The notes: generated by a model not told the origin, from the letters alone. A stretch of 64,000 nt of DNA from Perna viridis (GCA_037379345.1 CM074514.1:744001-808000), one strand, 5' to 3'; positions 13,113 through 26,795 are shown, numbered from the stretch's first letter. Numbers and translations: made by a program.

Positions 13113-16100
13113 GTAAGTGATTTCTCTACTACAGGTTGTGAAGTGATTTCTCTACCACAGGGTATGAAGTGATTTCTCTACCACAGGGTGTGAAGTGATT
13201 TCTTTACTACAGGGTGTGAAGCAATTTCTCCACTACAGGGTGTGAAGTGATTTCTCTACCACAGGGTGTGAAGTGATTTCTTTACTATAGGGTGTGAAGC
13301 AATTTCTCCACTACAGGGTGTGAAGTGATTTCTCTACTACAGGGTGTGAAGGGTGTGAAGTGATTTCTCCACTACAGGGTGTGAAGTGATTTCTCCACTA
13401 CAGGGTGTGAAGTGATTTCTTTACTATAGGGTGTGAAGCAATTTCTCCACTACAGGGTGTGAAGTGATTTCTCTACTACAGGGTGTGAAGGGTGTGAAGT
13501 GATTTCTCTACTACAGGGTGTGAAGGGTTTGAAGTGATTTCTCCACTACAGGTTGTGAAGTGATTCGTCTACTACAGGGTATGAAGTGAATTCTCTACCA
13601 CAGGGTGTGAAGTGATTTCTCTACTACAGGGTGTGAAGGGTTTGAAGTGTTTTCTCTACTGCAGGGTGTGAAGTGATTTTTCTACTACAGGGTGTGAAGG
13701 GGTTGAAGTGTTTTCTCTACTACAGGGTTTGAAGTGATTTCTCCACTACAGGTTGTGAAGTGATTCCTCTACTACAGGGTATGAAGTGATTTCTCTACCA
13801 CAAGGTGTGAAGTGATTTCTCTACTACAGGGTGTGAAGTGATTTCTCTACCACAGGGTGTGGAGTGATTTCTTAACTATAGGGTGTGAAACAATTTCTCC
13901 ACTACAGGATGTGAAGTGATTTCTTTACTATAGGGTGTAAAACAATTTCTCCACTACAGGGTATGAAGTGATTTCTCTACCACAGGGTGTGAAGTGATTT
14001 CTTTACTATAGGGTGTGAAGCAATTTCTCCACTACAGGGTATGAAGTGATTTCTCTACCACAGGGGGTGAAGTGATTTCTTTACTACAGGGTGTGAAGGG
14101 TGTGAAGTGATTTCTCCACTACAGGGTGTGAAGTGATTTCTCCACTACAGGGTGTGAAGTGATTTCTTTACTATAGGGTGTGAAGCAATTTCTCCACTAC
14201 AGGGTGTGAAGTGATTTCTCTACTACAGGGTGTGAAGGGTGTGAAGTGATTTCTCTACTACAGGGTGTGAAGGGTTTGAAGTGATTTCTCCACTACAGGT
14301 TGTGAAGTGATTCCTCTACTACAGGGTATGAAGTGATTTCTCTACCACAGGGTGTGAAGTGATTTCTTTACTATAGGGTGTGAAGTGATTTCTCTACCAC
14401 AAGGTGTGAAGTGATTTCTCTACTACAGGGTGTGAAGTGATTTCTCTACCACAGGGTGTGGAGTGATTTCTTAACTATAGGGTGTGAAACAATTTCTCCA
14501 CTACAGGATGTGAAGTGATTTCTTTACTATAGGGTGTAAAACAATTTCTCCACTACAGGGTATGAAGTGATTTCTCTACCACAGGGTGTGAAGTGATTTC
14601 TTTACTATAGGGTGTGAAGCAATTTCTCCACTACAGGGTATGAAGTGATTTCTCTACCACAGGGGGTGAAGTGATTTCTTTACTACAGGGTGTGAAGGGT
14701 GTGAAGTGATTTCTCTACCACAGGGTGTGAAGTGATTTCTTTACTATAGGGTGTGAAACAATTTCTCCACTACAGGGTATGAAGTGATTTCTCTACCACA
14801 GGGTGTGAAGTGATTTCTTTACTACAGGGTGTGAAGGGTGTGAAGTGATTTCTCAACCACAGGGTGTGAAGTGATTTCTCCACTACAGGGTGTGAAGTGA
14901 TTTCTTTACTATAGGGTGTGAAGCAATTTCTCCACTACAGGGTATGAAGTGATTGCTTTACTATATGGTGTGAAGGGTTTGAAGTGATTTCTCCACTACA
15001 GGGTGTGAAGTGATTGCTCTACCACAGGGTTTGAAGTGATTTCTCTACTACAGGGTGTGAAGGGTGTGAAGTGATTTCTCCACTACAGGTTGTGAAGTGA
15101 TTTCTTTACTATAGGGTGTGAAGAAATTTCTCCACTACAGGGTATGAAGTGATTTCTTTACTATATGGTGTGAAGGGTTTGAAGTGATTTCTCCACTACA
15201 GGGTGTGAAGTGATTGCTCTACCACAGGGTGTGAAGTGATTTCTCTACTACAGGGTGTGAAGGGTGTGAAGTGATTTCTCCACTACAGGGTGTGAAGTGA
15301 TTTCTTTACTATAGGGTGTGAAGCAATTTCTCCACTACAGGGTGTGAAGTGATTTCTCTACTACAGGGGGTGAAGGGTTTGAAGTGATTTCTTCACTACA
15401 GGTTGTGAAGTGATTCGTCTACTACAGGGTATGAAGTGAATTCTCTACCACAGGGTGTGAAGTGATTTCTCTACTACAGGGTGTGAAGGGTTTGAAGTGT
15501 TTTCTCTACTGCAGGGTGTGAAGTGATTTTTCTACTACAGGGTGTGAAGGGTTTGAAGTGTTTTCTCTACTAAAGGGTTTGTAGTGATTTCTCCACTACA
15601 GGTTGTGAAGTGATTTCTCTACCACAGGGTGTGAAGTGATTTCTTTACTATAGGGTGTGAAGGGTGTGAAGTGATTTCTTAACTATAGGGTGTGAAACAA
15701 TTTCTCCACTACAGGGTATGAAGTGATTTCTCTACCACAGGGTGTGAAGTGATTTCTCTACCACAGGGTGTGAAGTGATTTCTTTACTATAGGGTGTGAA
15801 GCAATTTCTCCACTACAGGGTATGAAGTGATTTCTCTACCACAGGGGGTGAAGTGATTTCTTTACTACAGGGTGTGAAGGGTGTGAAGTGATTTCTCTAC
15901 TACAGGGTGTGAAGTGATTTCTCTACCACAGGGTGTGAAGTGATTTCTTTACTATAGGGTGTGAAACAATTTCTCCACTACAGGGTATGAAGTGATTTCT
16001 CTACCACAGGGTGTGAAGTGATTTCTTTACTACAGGGTGTGAAGTGATTTCTTTACTATAGGGTGTGAAGGGTGTGAAGTGATTTCTCCACTACAGGGTG

Positions 16101-17623
16101 TGAAGTGATTTCTTTACTATAGGGTGTGAAGCAATTTCTCCACTACAGGGTATGAAGTGATTTCTTTACTATATGGTGTGAAGGGTTTGAAGTGATTTCT
16201 CCACTACAGGGTGTGAAGTGATTGCTCTACCACAGGGTTTGAAGTGTTTTCTCTACTATATGGTGGGAAGGGTTTTAAGTGATTTCTCCACTACAGGTTG
16301 TGAAGTGATTTCTCTACTACAGAGTGTGAAGGGTTTGAAGTGATTTCTCCACTACAGGGTGTGAAGTGATTTTTTTACTATAGGGTGTGAAGGGTGTGAA
16401 GTGATTTCTCTACCACAGGGTGTGAAGTGATTTCTCTACTACCGGGTGTGAAGTGATTTCTCTACCACAGGGTGTGAAGTGATTTCTTTACTATAGGGTG
16501 TGAAGCAATTTCTCCACTACAGGGTATGAAGTGATTTCTCTACCACAGGGTGTGAAGTGATATCTTTACTACAGGGTGTGAAGGGTGTGAAGTGATTTCT
16601 CTACTACAGGGTGTGAAGTGATTTCTCTACCACAGGGTGTGAAGTGATTTCTTTACTATAGGGTGTGAAACAATTTCTCCACTACAGGGTATGAAGTGAT
16701 TTCTCTACCACAGGGTGTGAAGTGATTTCTCCACTACAGGGTGTGAAGTGATTTCTTTACTATAGGGTGTGAAGCAATTTCTCCACTGCAGGGTATGAAG
16801 TAATTTCTTTACTATAGGGTGTGAAGGGTTTGAAGTGATTTCTCCACTACAGGGTTTGAAGTGATTTCTCTACTAAAGGGTGTGAAGTGATTTCTTTACT
16901 ATATGGTGTGAAGGGTTTGAAGTGATTTCTCCACTACAGGTTGTGAAGTGATTTCTCTACTACAGAGTGTGAAGGGTTTGAAGTGATTTCTCTACTACAT
17001 GGTGTGAAGTGATTTGTCTACTACAGGGTGTGAAGTGATTTCTCTACTACAGGGTGTGAAGTGATTTTATTACTATAGGGTGTGAAGTGATTTCTCTATT
17101 ATAGGGTTTGACGTGATTTCTTTACTTTAGGGTGTGAAGCAATTTCTCCACTACAGGGTGTGAAGTGATTTCTCTACTACAGGGTGTGAAGGGTTTGAAG
17201 TGATTTCTCCACTACAGGTTGTGAAGTGATTCGTCTACTACAGGGTATGAAGTGATTTCACTACCACAGGGTGTGAAGTGATTTCTCTACTACAGGGTGT
17301 GAAGGGTTTGAAGTGTTTTCTCTACTACAGGGTTTGAAGTGATTTCTCCACTACAGGGTGTGAAGGGTTTGAAGTGATTTCTCTGTTACAGGGTGTGAAG
17401 GGTTTGAAGTGATTTTATTTACTACAGGGTGTGAAGTGATTTCTCTACTACAGGGTGTGAAGGGTTTGAAGTGATTTCTCTACTACAGGGTGTGAAGTGA
17501 TTTTTTACTATAGGGTATGAAGTGATTTCTCTTCTACAGAGTGTAAAGTGATTTCTTTACTACAGAGTGTGATTTCGCTGCTACAGGGTATGAAGTGATT
17601 GATTTCTCTACTACAGGATGTGA
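13113..17623. repeat. 4.5-kb satellite of 26-bp (and 35-bp) units starting in the splice donor
   Basis: aagtgatttctctactacagggtgtg, with optional extra gggtgtgaa. Confidence 0.97.
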
Positions 17624-17737
17624 CTGTTTCATACAATATGTATATGGAGCTTATTTAGAAAATTATATAAACCAAAAATTTTAGAATTGTGCAAGAGCCC
17701 CTAAAAAAAGATGATAATATTCCCTTGATTTCCTTGT

Positions 17738-17910
17738 TTTATACCCCGCCACACTAAGTGGCGAGGTCCTATGTGATACCCTCCCAAATGTTGTTTCTAT
17801 CCTTCCATCTGTCCATCCCTGATAACTTCAGAAGGTATTGAACAATCTTTTTCAAACTTTGTTTAGTAATTTAGTATCATGAAATACAGATCAAGTTGAA
17901 TTTTAGTTTG
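17738..17910 (+). mobile_element. Helentron-associated (HINE/pearl-like) non-autonomous element remnant; similar remnants near 3415, 18005, 21780 and 23870
   Basis: T-run, short palindrome ccgccac..gtggcg, degenerate (GTCC/GTCT)n. Confidence 0.45.
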
Positions 17911-18314
17911 ATTAGATTATTTACAAGTTTAAATTGTTTTTACCCCAAAAATAGTTTGCAGTGTGAAGGGTATCATTTTATGTCCCATGATATGCCCTAT
18001 TTTTTTTATTTTTGTCCCCTGCCACAACATGATGGGGGGATTTTGTCATAGTATTTCTGTCTGTAAGTCACAGGTTCTGTAGATTTTGGTTTGACAATAT
18101 TTATTGTCTCTTTCCAACATTTTGATTGGACAAACTTTAATGGAGTAATGTAATTTTGACCTCTATAGGCCACTCATACTTTTTGATGGAATTTCTCTTG
18201 TGTAGATGTGTGTAATTTTGCTCTGAAACATAAAATAACTATAAAACAAAACTCAGCCCTATTTTGGCAATAACAAAACAAAGTTCTACTAATCTTAAAA
18301 TGTTCATCTTTCAG

Positions 18315-18425
18315 ACATATAGTTGTATGTGGTCATATAACCTATGATTCTGTGTCCAACTTTCTCAACGATTTCCTTCACAAAGATAGAGAAGATGTGG
18401 ATGTAGAAATCGTATTTGTACACAA
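18315..18425 (+). CDS. KCNMA1: Slo1 exon, RCK1 start ([36 protein letters not shown])
   Basis: tttcag / gtaagt, 111 nt, phase 2-2. Confidence 0.96.
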
Positions 18426-18508
18426 GTAAGTATCTATAGTAATGTATCACAGTAACAGTTGTTATTTTATTTACTATACAAGTAGTTTACATTGTTTGTG
18501 ATTTATTT

Positions 18509-18661
18509 TTAGGGGGAGAGAGGAGTTGTGCTGGTTAGGGGGAGAGAGGAGTTGTGCTGGTTAGGGGGAAAGAGGAGTTGTGCTGATTAGGGGGGAGAGG
18601 AGTTGTGCGGGTTAGAGGGAGAGAGGAGTTGTGCGGGTTAGGGGGAGGGAGGAGTTGTGCT
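18509..18661. repeat. G-rich 26-bp tandem repeat x6
   Basis: ttagggggagagaggagttgtgctgg. Confidence 0.9.
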
Positions 18662-18922
18662 TTTTTCTGGTCTTGCTGTTCTTTTTCCCCTATGGTAAGT
18701 TAACATTTCAAAGGAAAATTAAATTCATGGTTTGACCTACCCATGAAATTTTTATTTCACACAAATAACAATTCCTAGACAGATTAATTCATTTTGATTT
18801 TTTGTCAAATGAAGAATTGTATTATTATGTCATGTCAGTGACCTGTGCAATAAGTAGCTTTCAGTGAAAGATTCTGTTGCATGAACCCTATGTCTATAGT
18901 AATGTCTCTGATATGTAAAAAA

Positions 18923-19640
18923 TGATTCTACTAATGTGTAACATGGTACAGAATTTTAGGGGATAATACACCATCATCCATTGATTCTACTGATGTGAAT
19001 CATAGTACAGAATGTTAGGGGATAATACACCATCATCCATTGATTCTACTGATGTGAAACATAGTACAGAATGTTAGGGGATAGTACATCAATATCGATT
19101 GATTCTACTGATGTGTAACATAGTACAGAATGTTAGGGGATAGTACACCAATATCCAGTGATCCTACTGATGTGTAACACAGTACAGAATGTTAGGGGAT
19201 AGTACATCAATATCGATTGATTCTACTGATGTGTAACATAGTACAGAATGTTAGGGGATAATACACCATCATCCATTGATTCTACTGATGTGAAACATAG
19301 TACAGAATGTTAGGGGATAGTACATCAATATCGATTGATTCTACTGATGTGTAACATAGTACAGAATGTTAGGGGATAGTACACCAATATCCAGTGATCC
19401 TACTGATGTGTAACATAGTACAGAATGTTAGGGGATAGTACATCAATATCGATTGATTCTACTGATGTGTAACATAGTACAGAATGTTAGGGGATAGTAC
19501 ATCAATATCCAGTGATCCTACTGATGTGTAACATAGTACAGAATGTTAGGGGATAGTACATCAATATCCATTGGTTCTATTGACGTGAAACATAGTATAG
19601 AAAGTTTTGGGATAACACATCAATATCCAGTGATTCTACT
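18923..19640. repeat. 59-bp minisatellite, about 12 copies
   Basis: gattctactgatgtgtaacatagtacagaatgttaggggatag... Confidence 0.92.
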
Positions 19641-21230
19641 CTAGATTATTTAGATGATTATGATCTTTCTCTTTTTCTAATGAAAAACATATTTGTTTAT
19701 GTAGGGTAAATATAATTATCAGTATTTGTCCATCCCCATTCTAGTAAATATCTAGGGTTTTAATTGGTTATGAACAAATCCAATTACCAAGGAGCAAATA
19801 ACCATTTTACTGTAGTACTTCATACTCTATTTAGCACTAATCATTGCTAATACAATGTCCATTTTAAAGATTTCAAAGAGACTTACTTTTTATGTTGACT
19901 TTTGGGCACAAGAAAAATGTGATTTTTGTGTCCAGGAACTGTGTATATATCCCCAGTATATTGACTTCATTAATGTAGTAATGACAGCATTAATAGAGAG
20001 AAATATGGTGTCAAAATCAAAATTGTAATTATAAAATTAACAAAGAAACAAGACTTAAAAACTCATATTTTTATGATCTGTTGTCTTATATCAAAGGTAG
20101 ATTCCTGCACTTGAATAAAGATTACGTGATTTTTCTCAAATTGCAACAGGGTCCTTTTTGGTCCTGTGAATGTGAAATAGAATTTTTATATACATCCTTA
20201 TCCTTATCTGTAAATATGGTGATTTTTTTTAAAGCTTCAGTATTCTGAAACTCCTCAGGCTATGCCTCAGAGAATACTTGGGTACTTTAGGTGTAAAGAT
20301 CTCCATATCTACAGAAATAGATGTAACTCATCGAATTTTGCCCCACATTGGCTATTATAATCTCTGTATATTGCAAGTATGATTTAGTTGTCTACAGATG
20401 TACAGACAATTAATGGTAGTTTTAATTGCACTTCAGTGGGTAGAAATGACATGTTGGTATTTGAAACAGTGAATATAGGCATTACTTGTTGTAGCTATTA
20501 GTACATCAAAAGTATGTCTCTAGAAACTACAAAAAAAAAAAAAAAAAAAAAAAAAGAAAAAAAAGTGTGTCAAATATTCACTTTTAACTGTGACACTATT
20601 TTATATTTCTCTTGATATTATGTTGGTCTTTTAGACTCCTCATTAGTATTTTTTTTAAACTACATGTACATACAATGTTTTAGTAGACTAGCTGTATAGC
20701 CATATCTCTTCTTTTTCCAATATTTCCATGAGATTTTAAACTGGGTAATCATGGTTATAATGTTGAACATTACAATACATACTGGCCTGTTGATGACAGT
20801 ATCAAACATCCATAGTTGTACAGGTCATCTTTAAACCGAGGAAACTAAAGCTAATACAGTGAGATATTATTTGTCTGATGTTATATAATTCAAATGACTT
20901 ATGGCCTATGTAAATTGCTTTTATTGTAGACAATACAGTACTTTTGTGCCATAAACATCTGTCTTTTTAATATGGAATCAGACAATATAATCATTTGGGA
21001 AAAGAATATTAAAATATCTTCCCATTAAGTCTGTCTTATTGTATGATTGATTCCTGAAGATTTATTGTTTAGCTATAGGTAAATTTACTTTTTTACTGTA
21101 TCAGTTGTTAGGGTTGATAGTTTGTCCAGTATTTTTCACCCCTATGGCCAAACATTTTCTTCATTGTATTTGTATTAAGTTTTTTTCTAGAAGTCATCAT
21201 GTTATAACTAATGTGTAAATAAATTTTCAG

Positions 21231-21336
21231 AACTTTACCAGATCTGGAGCTTGAAGGCTTACTGAAAAGACATTTTACTCAAGTTGAATTTTTCCAAGGC
21301 ACTGTCATGGATGCTAATGACCTTGAAAGAGTCAAG
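21231..21336 (+). CDS. KCNMA1: Slo1 exon, RCK1 ([35 protein letters not shown])
   Basis: ttttcag / gttagt, 106 nt, phase 2-0. Confidence 0.95.
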
Positions 21337-22035
21337 GTTAGTAAGAAATTCTGGAACTAAATATATTGTAGATGAAGATGTTTGTTGATTTATGATTCAT
21401 TAAAAAATAATTTATAAAGATCAAGAACAGTAAGTTTGGGATTAAAGGAAACATTGATGATAGAAAGAAAAGTAAAACAAAAACATGATTATTAAACAGA
21501 AAACAACAAGGTGTTGAAGATGTAGAACTGATTGCCAGCAACATTCCTTTCCTCCCTTTAGACTGTCAGTGTTTTTTGATGATGACTGAAAAGATAAGAT
21601 CTAATATATTACAAAGAGATTGTCGGGTGATTATACATTGTTACATTAGTCAGATACACTAATGAAAACTGGATACATTACAAGGAGAGACGATGTAAGG
21701 CTATCAGCAGTAAATTTATATCACTTAAGTATGAAGACTGTTTGCTAATTAATGACTGACGTAAAATCCATTGTACGGTTTATTTATACCCAATGCAATC
21801 AAAGTTTGTCTATCTGTCTGTCCACATTTCCTATAAGCACAACTCTTTCTTAATGGCTCAAAGGATTTTGGTAAAATTTTAGGAAAGTTGGGCATCGTAT
21901 GTAGATGTGCATGAAGAGTACAATTATATTTAAGGGACACTTAACTTAAGAGTTTTACTTTAAACATAAAAGTGAAGAGTGGAGTTAAACACATATTTCT
22001 TAAATGTGTTTAATTAAAGCCTTTATTTATTTTAG

Positions 22036-22188
22036 ATCCAGTCTGCTGATGCTTGTTTAGTGCTAGCCAATAAATACTGTATGGATCCTGACCAGGAAGA
22101 TGCGGCTAATATAATGAGAGTTATCTCCATTAAAAACTTCCATGCTGATATTAAAGTCATTGTGCAACTGATGCAGTATCATAACAAG
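22036..22188 (+). CDS. KCNMA1: Slo1 exon, RCK1 ([34 protein letters not shown]...QYHNK)
   Basis: ttttag / gtcaga, 153 nt, phase 0-0. Confidence 0.95.
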
Positions 22189-22734
22189 GTCAGATATAAT
22201 GGTGCTTCAATCAATCTCCCACACAGAGGGTAATATTTGTTCCATTCACTGCTAAACCACACCCATTTATGCAAATTAGTACCCCAAAAACAGATTTGTA
22301 ATGCTCATGATCAGTGATTTTTTTTTCATCCTGTATAGCAGAGCTTATAAGCTGGCAGAGTGATACTAAGTAAATCAGAAGAGATTTATCTTCGATGTTA
22401 ATTTAAAAAAAAATGATGGCAGTGTTAATTTCTCAAATCCTGAAAGCTGGAGTCGTTTGTTTATTTAATGATTTCTAGTTACATACTAAACTGTCATAAG
22501 TGGACAGAAAGTTTTAGTTTTTAAATAAAAGACTAGCTTTTTATCATGATTTTAAAGCAAAAGTTCTTGTTTTTTTTTGTTTTTGTTTTTTTATACTGCT
22601 GTTAAAGTACTTTTAGGTGTTGTATCAGAATTTGGGGTATGTCTATCTCTTCGTTTGCCTTTCCATGGTCAAACAACTCAACAAAAAAATGTTAAATTCT
22701 TTGGACCATAAAAATCAGGTGTACTTTAAATGTG

Positions 22735-22940
22735 ATGTATATTGTACTTATCCTTCAGGAGTTATTGTATATTAGGGTTCTAGGTGTTAAAGTATATTGT
22801 ATTTATCCTTCAGGGGCCATGGTATGTTAGGGTTCTGGGTGATAAAGTATACTGTATTCTTCCTTCAGGGGCCATGGTACATTAGGGTTCTGGGTGATAA
22901 AGTATATTGTATTCATCCTTCAGGGGCCATGGTGTATTAG
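22735..22940. repeat. 54-bp tandem repeat, about 4 copies
   Basis: tccttcaggggccatggtatgttagggttctgggtgataaagtata. Confidence 0.85.
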
Positions 22941-23299
22941 CGTATTAGGTATATTACCATGACGACACAAATAACAATGAAATGATTTGAAAAAAGTAAC
23001 TTAAGTTAAATCCATATGGTTTTAATGAACTAGTGATATTGTGTTTTATTTCATCAATATGATGTCACATCACTGTAATCAAAGCTTTGATTCCATCACT
23101 GAGATTGCTGTAATGAAAGGGTATTTTGTATTATTGTCAATGGGTTTCAATAAGAACAATGAAAGTGTTATTTATTGTTAATGTGATCCCTGGTGTAGCA
23201 TGTTTGTATTCAGATAAAAGAAAAGTTTCATCTGTTGAAATACTCAATAATAAATACTTGATATCAGTGATCAACAAATATATGTAAATCAATACATAG

Positions 23300-23728
23300 A
23301 AACTGATGTGACATTACAACACTTGGGTCAGGTAATCTTATATGATGTCACATCACTGTGGTCAGCCAAACTGATGTGACATTACAACACTTGGGTCAGG
23401 TAATCTTATATGATGTCACATCACTGTGGTCTGCCAAACTGATATGACATAACAACACTTGGGTCAGGTAATCTTATATGATGTCACATCACTGTGGTCA
23501 GCCAAACTGATGTGACATTACAACACTATGGTCAGACAAACTGATGTGACACTACAACACTATGGTCAGCCAAACTGATGTGACATTACAACACTATGGT
23601 CAGCCAGACTGATGTGACATTACAACACTATGGTCAGCCAAACTGATATGACATTACAACACTATGGTCAGCCAGACTGATATGACATTACAACACTATG
23701 GTCAGCCAGACTGATGTGACATTATAAA
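23300..23728. repeat. Composite minisatellite: 68-bp x3 then 33-bp x6-7
   Basis: aaactgatgtgacattacaacac; the long unit contains the inverted core gatgtcacatca. Confidence 0.9.
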
Positions 23729-24069
23729 CTGTGAGATTATAATTCTATGGCAAGGCTTGTTCTTCTTCCTGTCTTCTACAATTTTTTGTTTTCCTGATCT
23801 TATATATTTTACAGATCTTTCATAATCAAATTGAACTTGTGAAGAAAAAAGTTTCTTTTTTTCGAAGTTAGTTGCCTCTTGCAAACAAAGTTTGGGGGTA
23901 TATCACCATCTCTGTGTGTCTGTTAGTCTGTCCACACATTTTGTAATTGCACCGCCTTATATATAATCCACTGTTTTTGATAAAATTTTAAAGGAAGGTT
24001 AGTTTTCATACTTGGATGTGCATATGATTATAATTGTTGCTTGATTCCTCTAAAGGGTGATAATGCATC

Positions 24070-24433
24070 ATGATGTTATGTTAGCTTCCTGTCAGGTTTG
24101 AAGTATATCCTCTAAAGGGAGATAATTCACCATGAGGGTTTAGTGATGTTATGTTAGCTTCCTGTCAGGTTTGAAGTATATCTTCTAAAGGGAGATAATT
24201 CACCATGAGGGTTTTGTGATGTTAGCTTCCTGTCAGGTTTGAAGTATATCCTCTAAAGAGATATAATTCACCATGAGGGTTTAGTGATGTTAGCTTCCTG
24301 TCAGGTTTAAAGTATATCCTCTAAAGGGAGATAATTCACCATGAGGGTTTAGTGATGTTAGCTTCCTGTCAGGTTTAAAGTATATCCTCTAAAGGGAGAT
24401 AATTCACCATGAGGGTTTCCTCTCAGGTTTGAA
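24070..24433. repeat. ~66-71-bp tandem repeat, about 5 copies
   Basis: gttagcttcctgtcaggtttgaagtatatcctctaaagggagataattcaccatgagggttt. Confidence 0.85.
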
Positions 24434-25204
24434 GGATATTTTTAAACCAACAATGTAATTTATGTAATGCAGCTAGCTTAACCTTGAAATAATTGAAATT
24501 GAAAAAAAAAACTAGTTTTTAAGTTTTCATGTAGTCATTAAAAAGTTTTCTTTCAAGAAAACCTTCAAATTAGTGTATCAATTTATGTTGAAATATGAGT
24601 ATTCAAATTAAAAAGAAGAGACTTTAAATACAATATAGTAATTTAACTTTACATAAAGCACAGTTTAAGTACACATATAATTCAATATATTTTAATTGAT
24701 TCAGTAAAGGTTACAATATTGTGTACATGTTGGACAGAAACATTGCACTCTGTACTTCAGATAAAACTTTACTGCAATGTTCTTACTACTGCAGTATGGT
24801 ATAAATCAATGACCAGAAATCTCTCTAGTTTGTGAACCCAATAATTAGCACTTGTGGTAATGAATGCAGAGATTTTTATGTTCCATACTTATCTACATTG
24901 ATAACATGCTTGTAAAACAGTGAAATCAAAACAAAAAAAAATCAATGAGAAAAATATTGTTATTAGGTTCAAATAAGTGAGCAATTATCATGCATTTGTT
25001 TGGACAAAATATCATAAATAATTCATGGGTTCTTACCTTTAGATATTAAGTCATGAAAAATTGATAAGAAAGAAAACTGTATTTACTGTGTTAAGAGAAT
25101 CACAGTTGTTTTGGTATTTAGAGGTAAACATAACTAGTGTACATTTACAAGACTATCTTAAAGGTGATAAGACTTCATTAGTGGCTCTGATAACTTCTGT
25201 CAGC

Positions 25205-25800
25205 ACAAGTCCCACCCAAACATACAAGGACTATTTTAGTCTCACCAGAACATACAAGAAATGCTTTAGTTCCACCATAATATACAAGGAGTGTTTTAAT
25301 CCCACCAGAGCAAACAGGGAATGTTTTAGTCCCACCGGAGCAAACAAGGAGTGTTTTAATCCCACTAGACAAACAAGGAATGTTTTAGTCCAACCAGAAC
25401 ATACAAGGAATGTTTAATCCCACCCAAACATACAAGGACCATTTTAGTCCCACCAGAGCAGGCAAGGAATATTTTAGTCCCACCAGAGCAAACAAGAAGT
25501 GTTTTAATCCCACCAGAGCAAACAAGGAGTGTTTTAATCCCACCAGAGCAAACAAGGAGTGTTTTAATCCAACCAGAGCAAACAAGGAATGTTTTAGACC
25601 CACCAGAGCAAACCAGGAGTGTTTAATCCCACCCAAACAAACAATGAATGTTTCAGTCCAACCAGGACATACAAGGAATGTTGTAGTCTCCCACCAGAAC
25701 GTACAATGAATGTTTTAGTCCAACCAGAACATTTTTTAGTCCCATCATACATACAATGAATGTTTAACACCCCAAAGAAAGGACAATGAATGTTTAAGTA
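25205..25800. repeat. 33-bp minisatellite, about 17 copies with degenerate ends
   Basis: ttttaatcccaccagagcaaacaaggagtg. Confidence 0.9.
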
Positions 25801-25894
25801 TCAACCATATCATTTCTGTTAATTACAGTACTTTTTAATTTAGTAGATATGATTTGTCTGTTCCTTTAATCATTTCTTTTCTTTCTAATTGTAG

Positions 25895-26050
25895 GCCTAC
25901 TTACTAAATATTCCAAGCTGGGATTGGAAGAGAGGAGATGATGCTGTCTGTGTGGCTGAATTGAAGTTAGGATTTATAGCTCAGAGCTGTTTAGCTCCAG
26001 GATTCTCTACCCTGATGGCCAACCTGTTTACTATGAGGTCTGATAAAACA
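25895..26050 (+). CDS. KCNMA1: Slo1 exon, RCK1 ([52 protein letters not shown])
   Basis: ttgtag / gtaagt, 156 nt. Confidence 0.96.
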
Positions 26051-26210
26051 GTAAGTATTAGTGACAGTGGCTCTCAGATGTTTTGCCACTATGGTTGTCT
26101 GTTCCTAAATCATGAGATCTGATAGTATGAATACATTAAGCTTACATTCATGACTGTTTGCTACAGTGGCAGGATAGTAAGTAAAGTTAATGGTATTATG
26201 TCTAGTTAAG

Positions 26211-26334
26211 ATTCACTGAACAGTTGGTGTACATGGCTGTTGATTCACTGAACAGTTGGTGTACATGGCTGTTGATTCACTGAACAGTTGGTGTACATGG
26301 CTGTTGATTCACTGAACAGTTGGTGTACATGGCT
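26211..26334. repeat. 32-bp perfect tandem repeat, about 4 copies
   Basis: gattcactgaacagttggtgtacatggctgtt. Confidence 0.9.
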
Positions 26335-26385
26335 GGCTAGTCTTTCAATACTTTGATGTTTGTTCCAATGTTAAGGTACACTTGT

Positions 26386-26795
26386 AAGGAAACCAAAGTG
26401 CAAGCAATAATCAAAAGGATATTTCAAGGATATAGACTAGACTGGGAAAATAGACAAACACAACAAAGAACATGAAATAACCAAAACAAAACATACAAAG
26501 AAACAAAAGTAAATGAGCAACTCCCGACTCCACTAAAAACTAAAATGTGTCATTGAGAAGGCTGTATTTGGTGAACAACAAATCTAAATACACAAAAGGA
26601 CATATGCTAATTAGATTGGAAGAGGAATCAAGGGAAACCATGATTCTAACAGAAATCAAAAGAATCCAGGGACAAAGACCAGACATGGAAAACAGACATA
26701 CCCAACAAAGAACATAAAGTAACTAAAATAATACATACAAAGTAACAAAAGTAAATGAGCAACTCGGACTCCGCTAAAAACTTGGGAGCATGAAT
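26386..26795 (-). mobile_element. Two short 3'-end copies of the Penelope-like family (about 26386-26545 and 26622-26795)
   Basis: Shared aaccaag...aaagaccagacatggaaaac...actccactaaaaact block. Confidence 0.75.

Noticed and set aside
12266-18314. A second, mutually exclusive S6/C-linker exon as in some other animals
   Set aside because: No second MFAS-type exon found by eye on either side of 13021-13112
18923-19640. Regular repeat arrays (also 40008-40715 and 42758-43315) as CRISPR-like arrays
   Set aside because: No unique spacers, no cas genes, and a eukaryotic intron context
20531-20564. Poly(A) tract as a retrocopy tail
   Set aside because: No recognisable upstream element or TSD
25061-25709. 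Repetitive ORFs (NPTRANKECF)n
   Set aside because: Product of a 33-bp minisatellite; open on both strands; no splice or homology support
26060-26140. Possible ancient copy of the exon tail after donor 26051 (atgagatctgata vs atgaggtctgata); similar hint near 29712-29733
   Set aside because: Similarity too short and degenerate to assert without an alignment statistic
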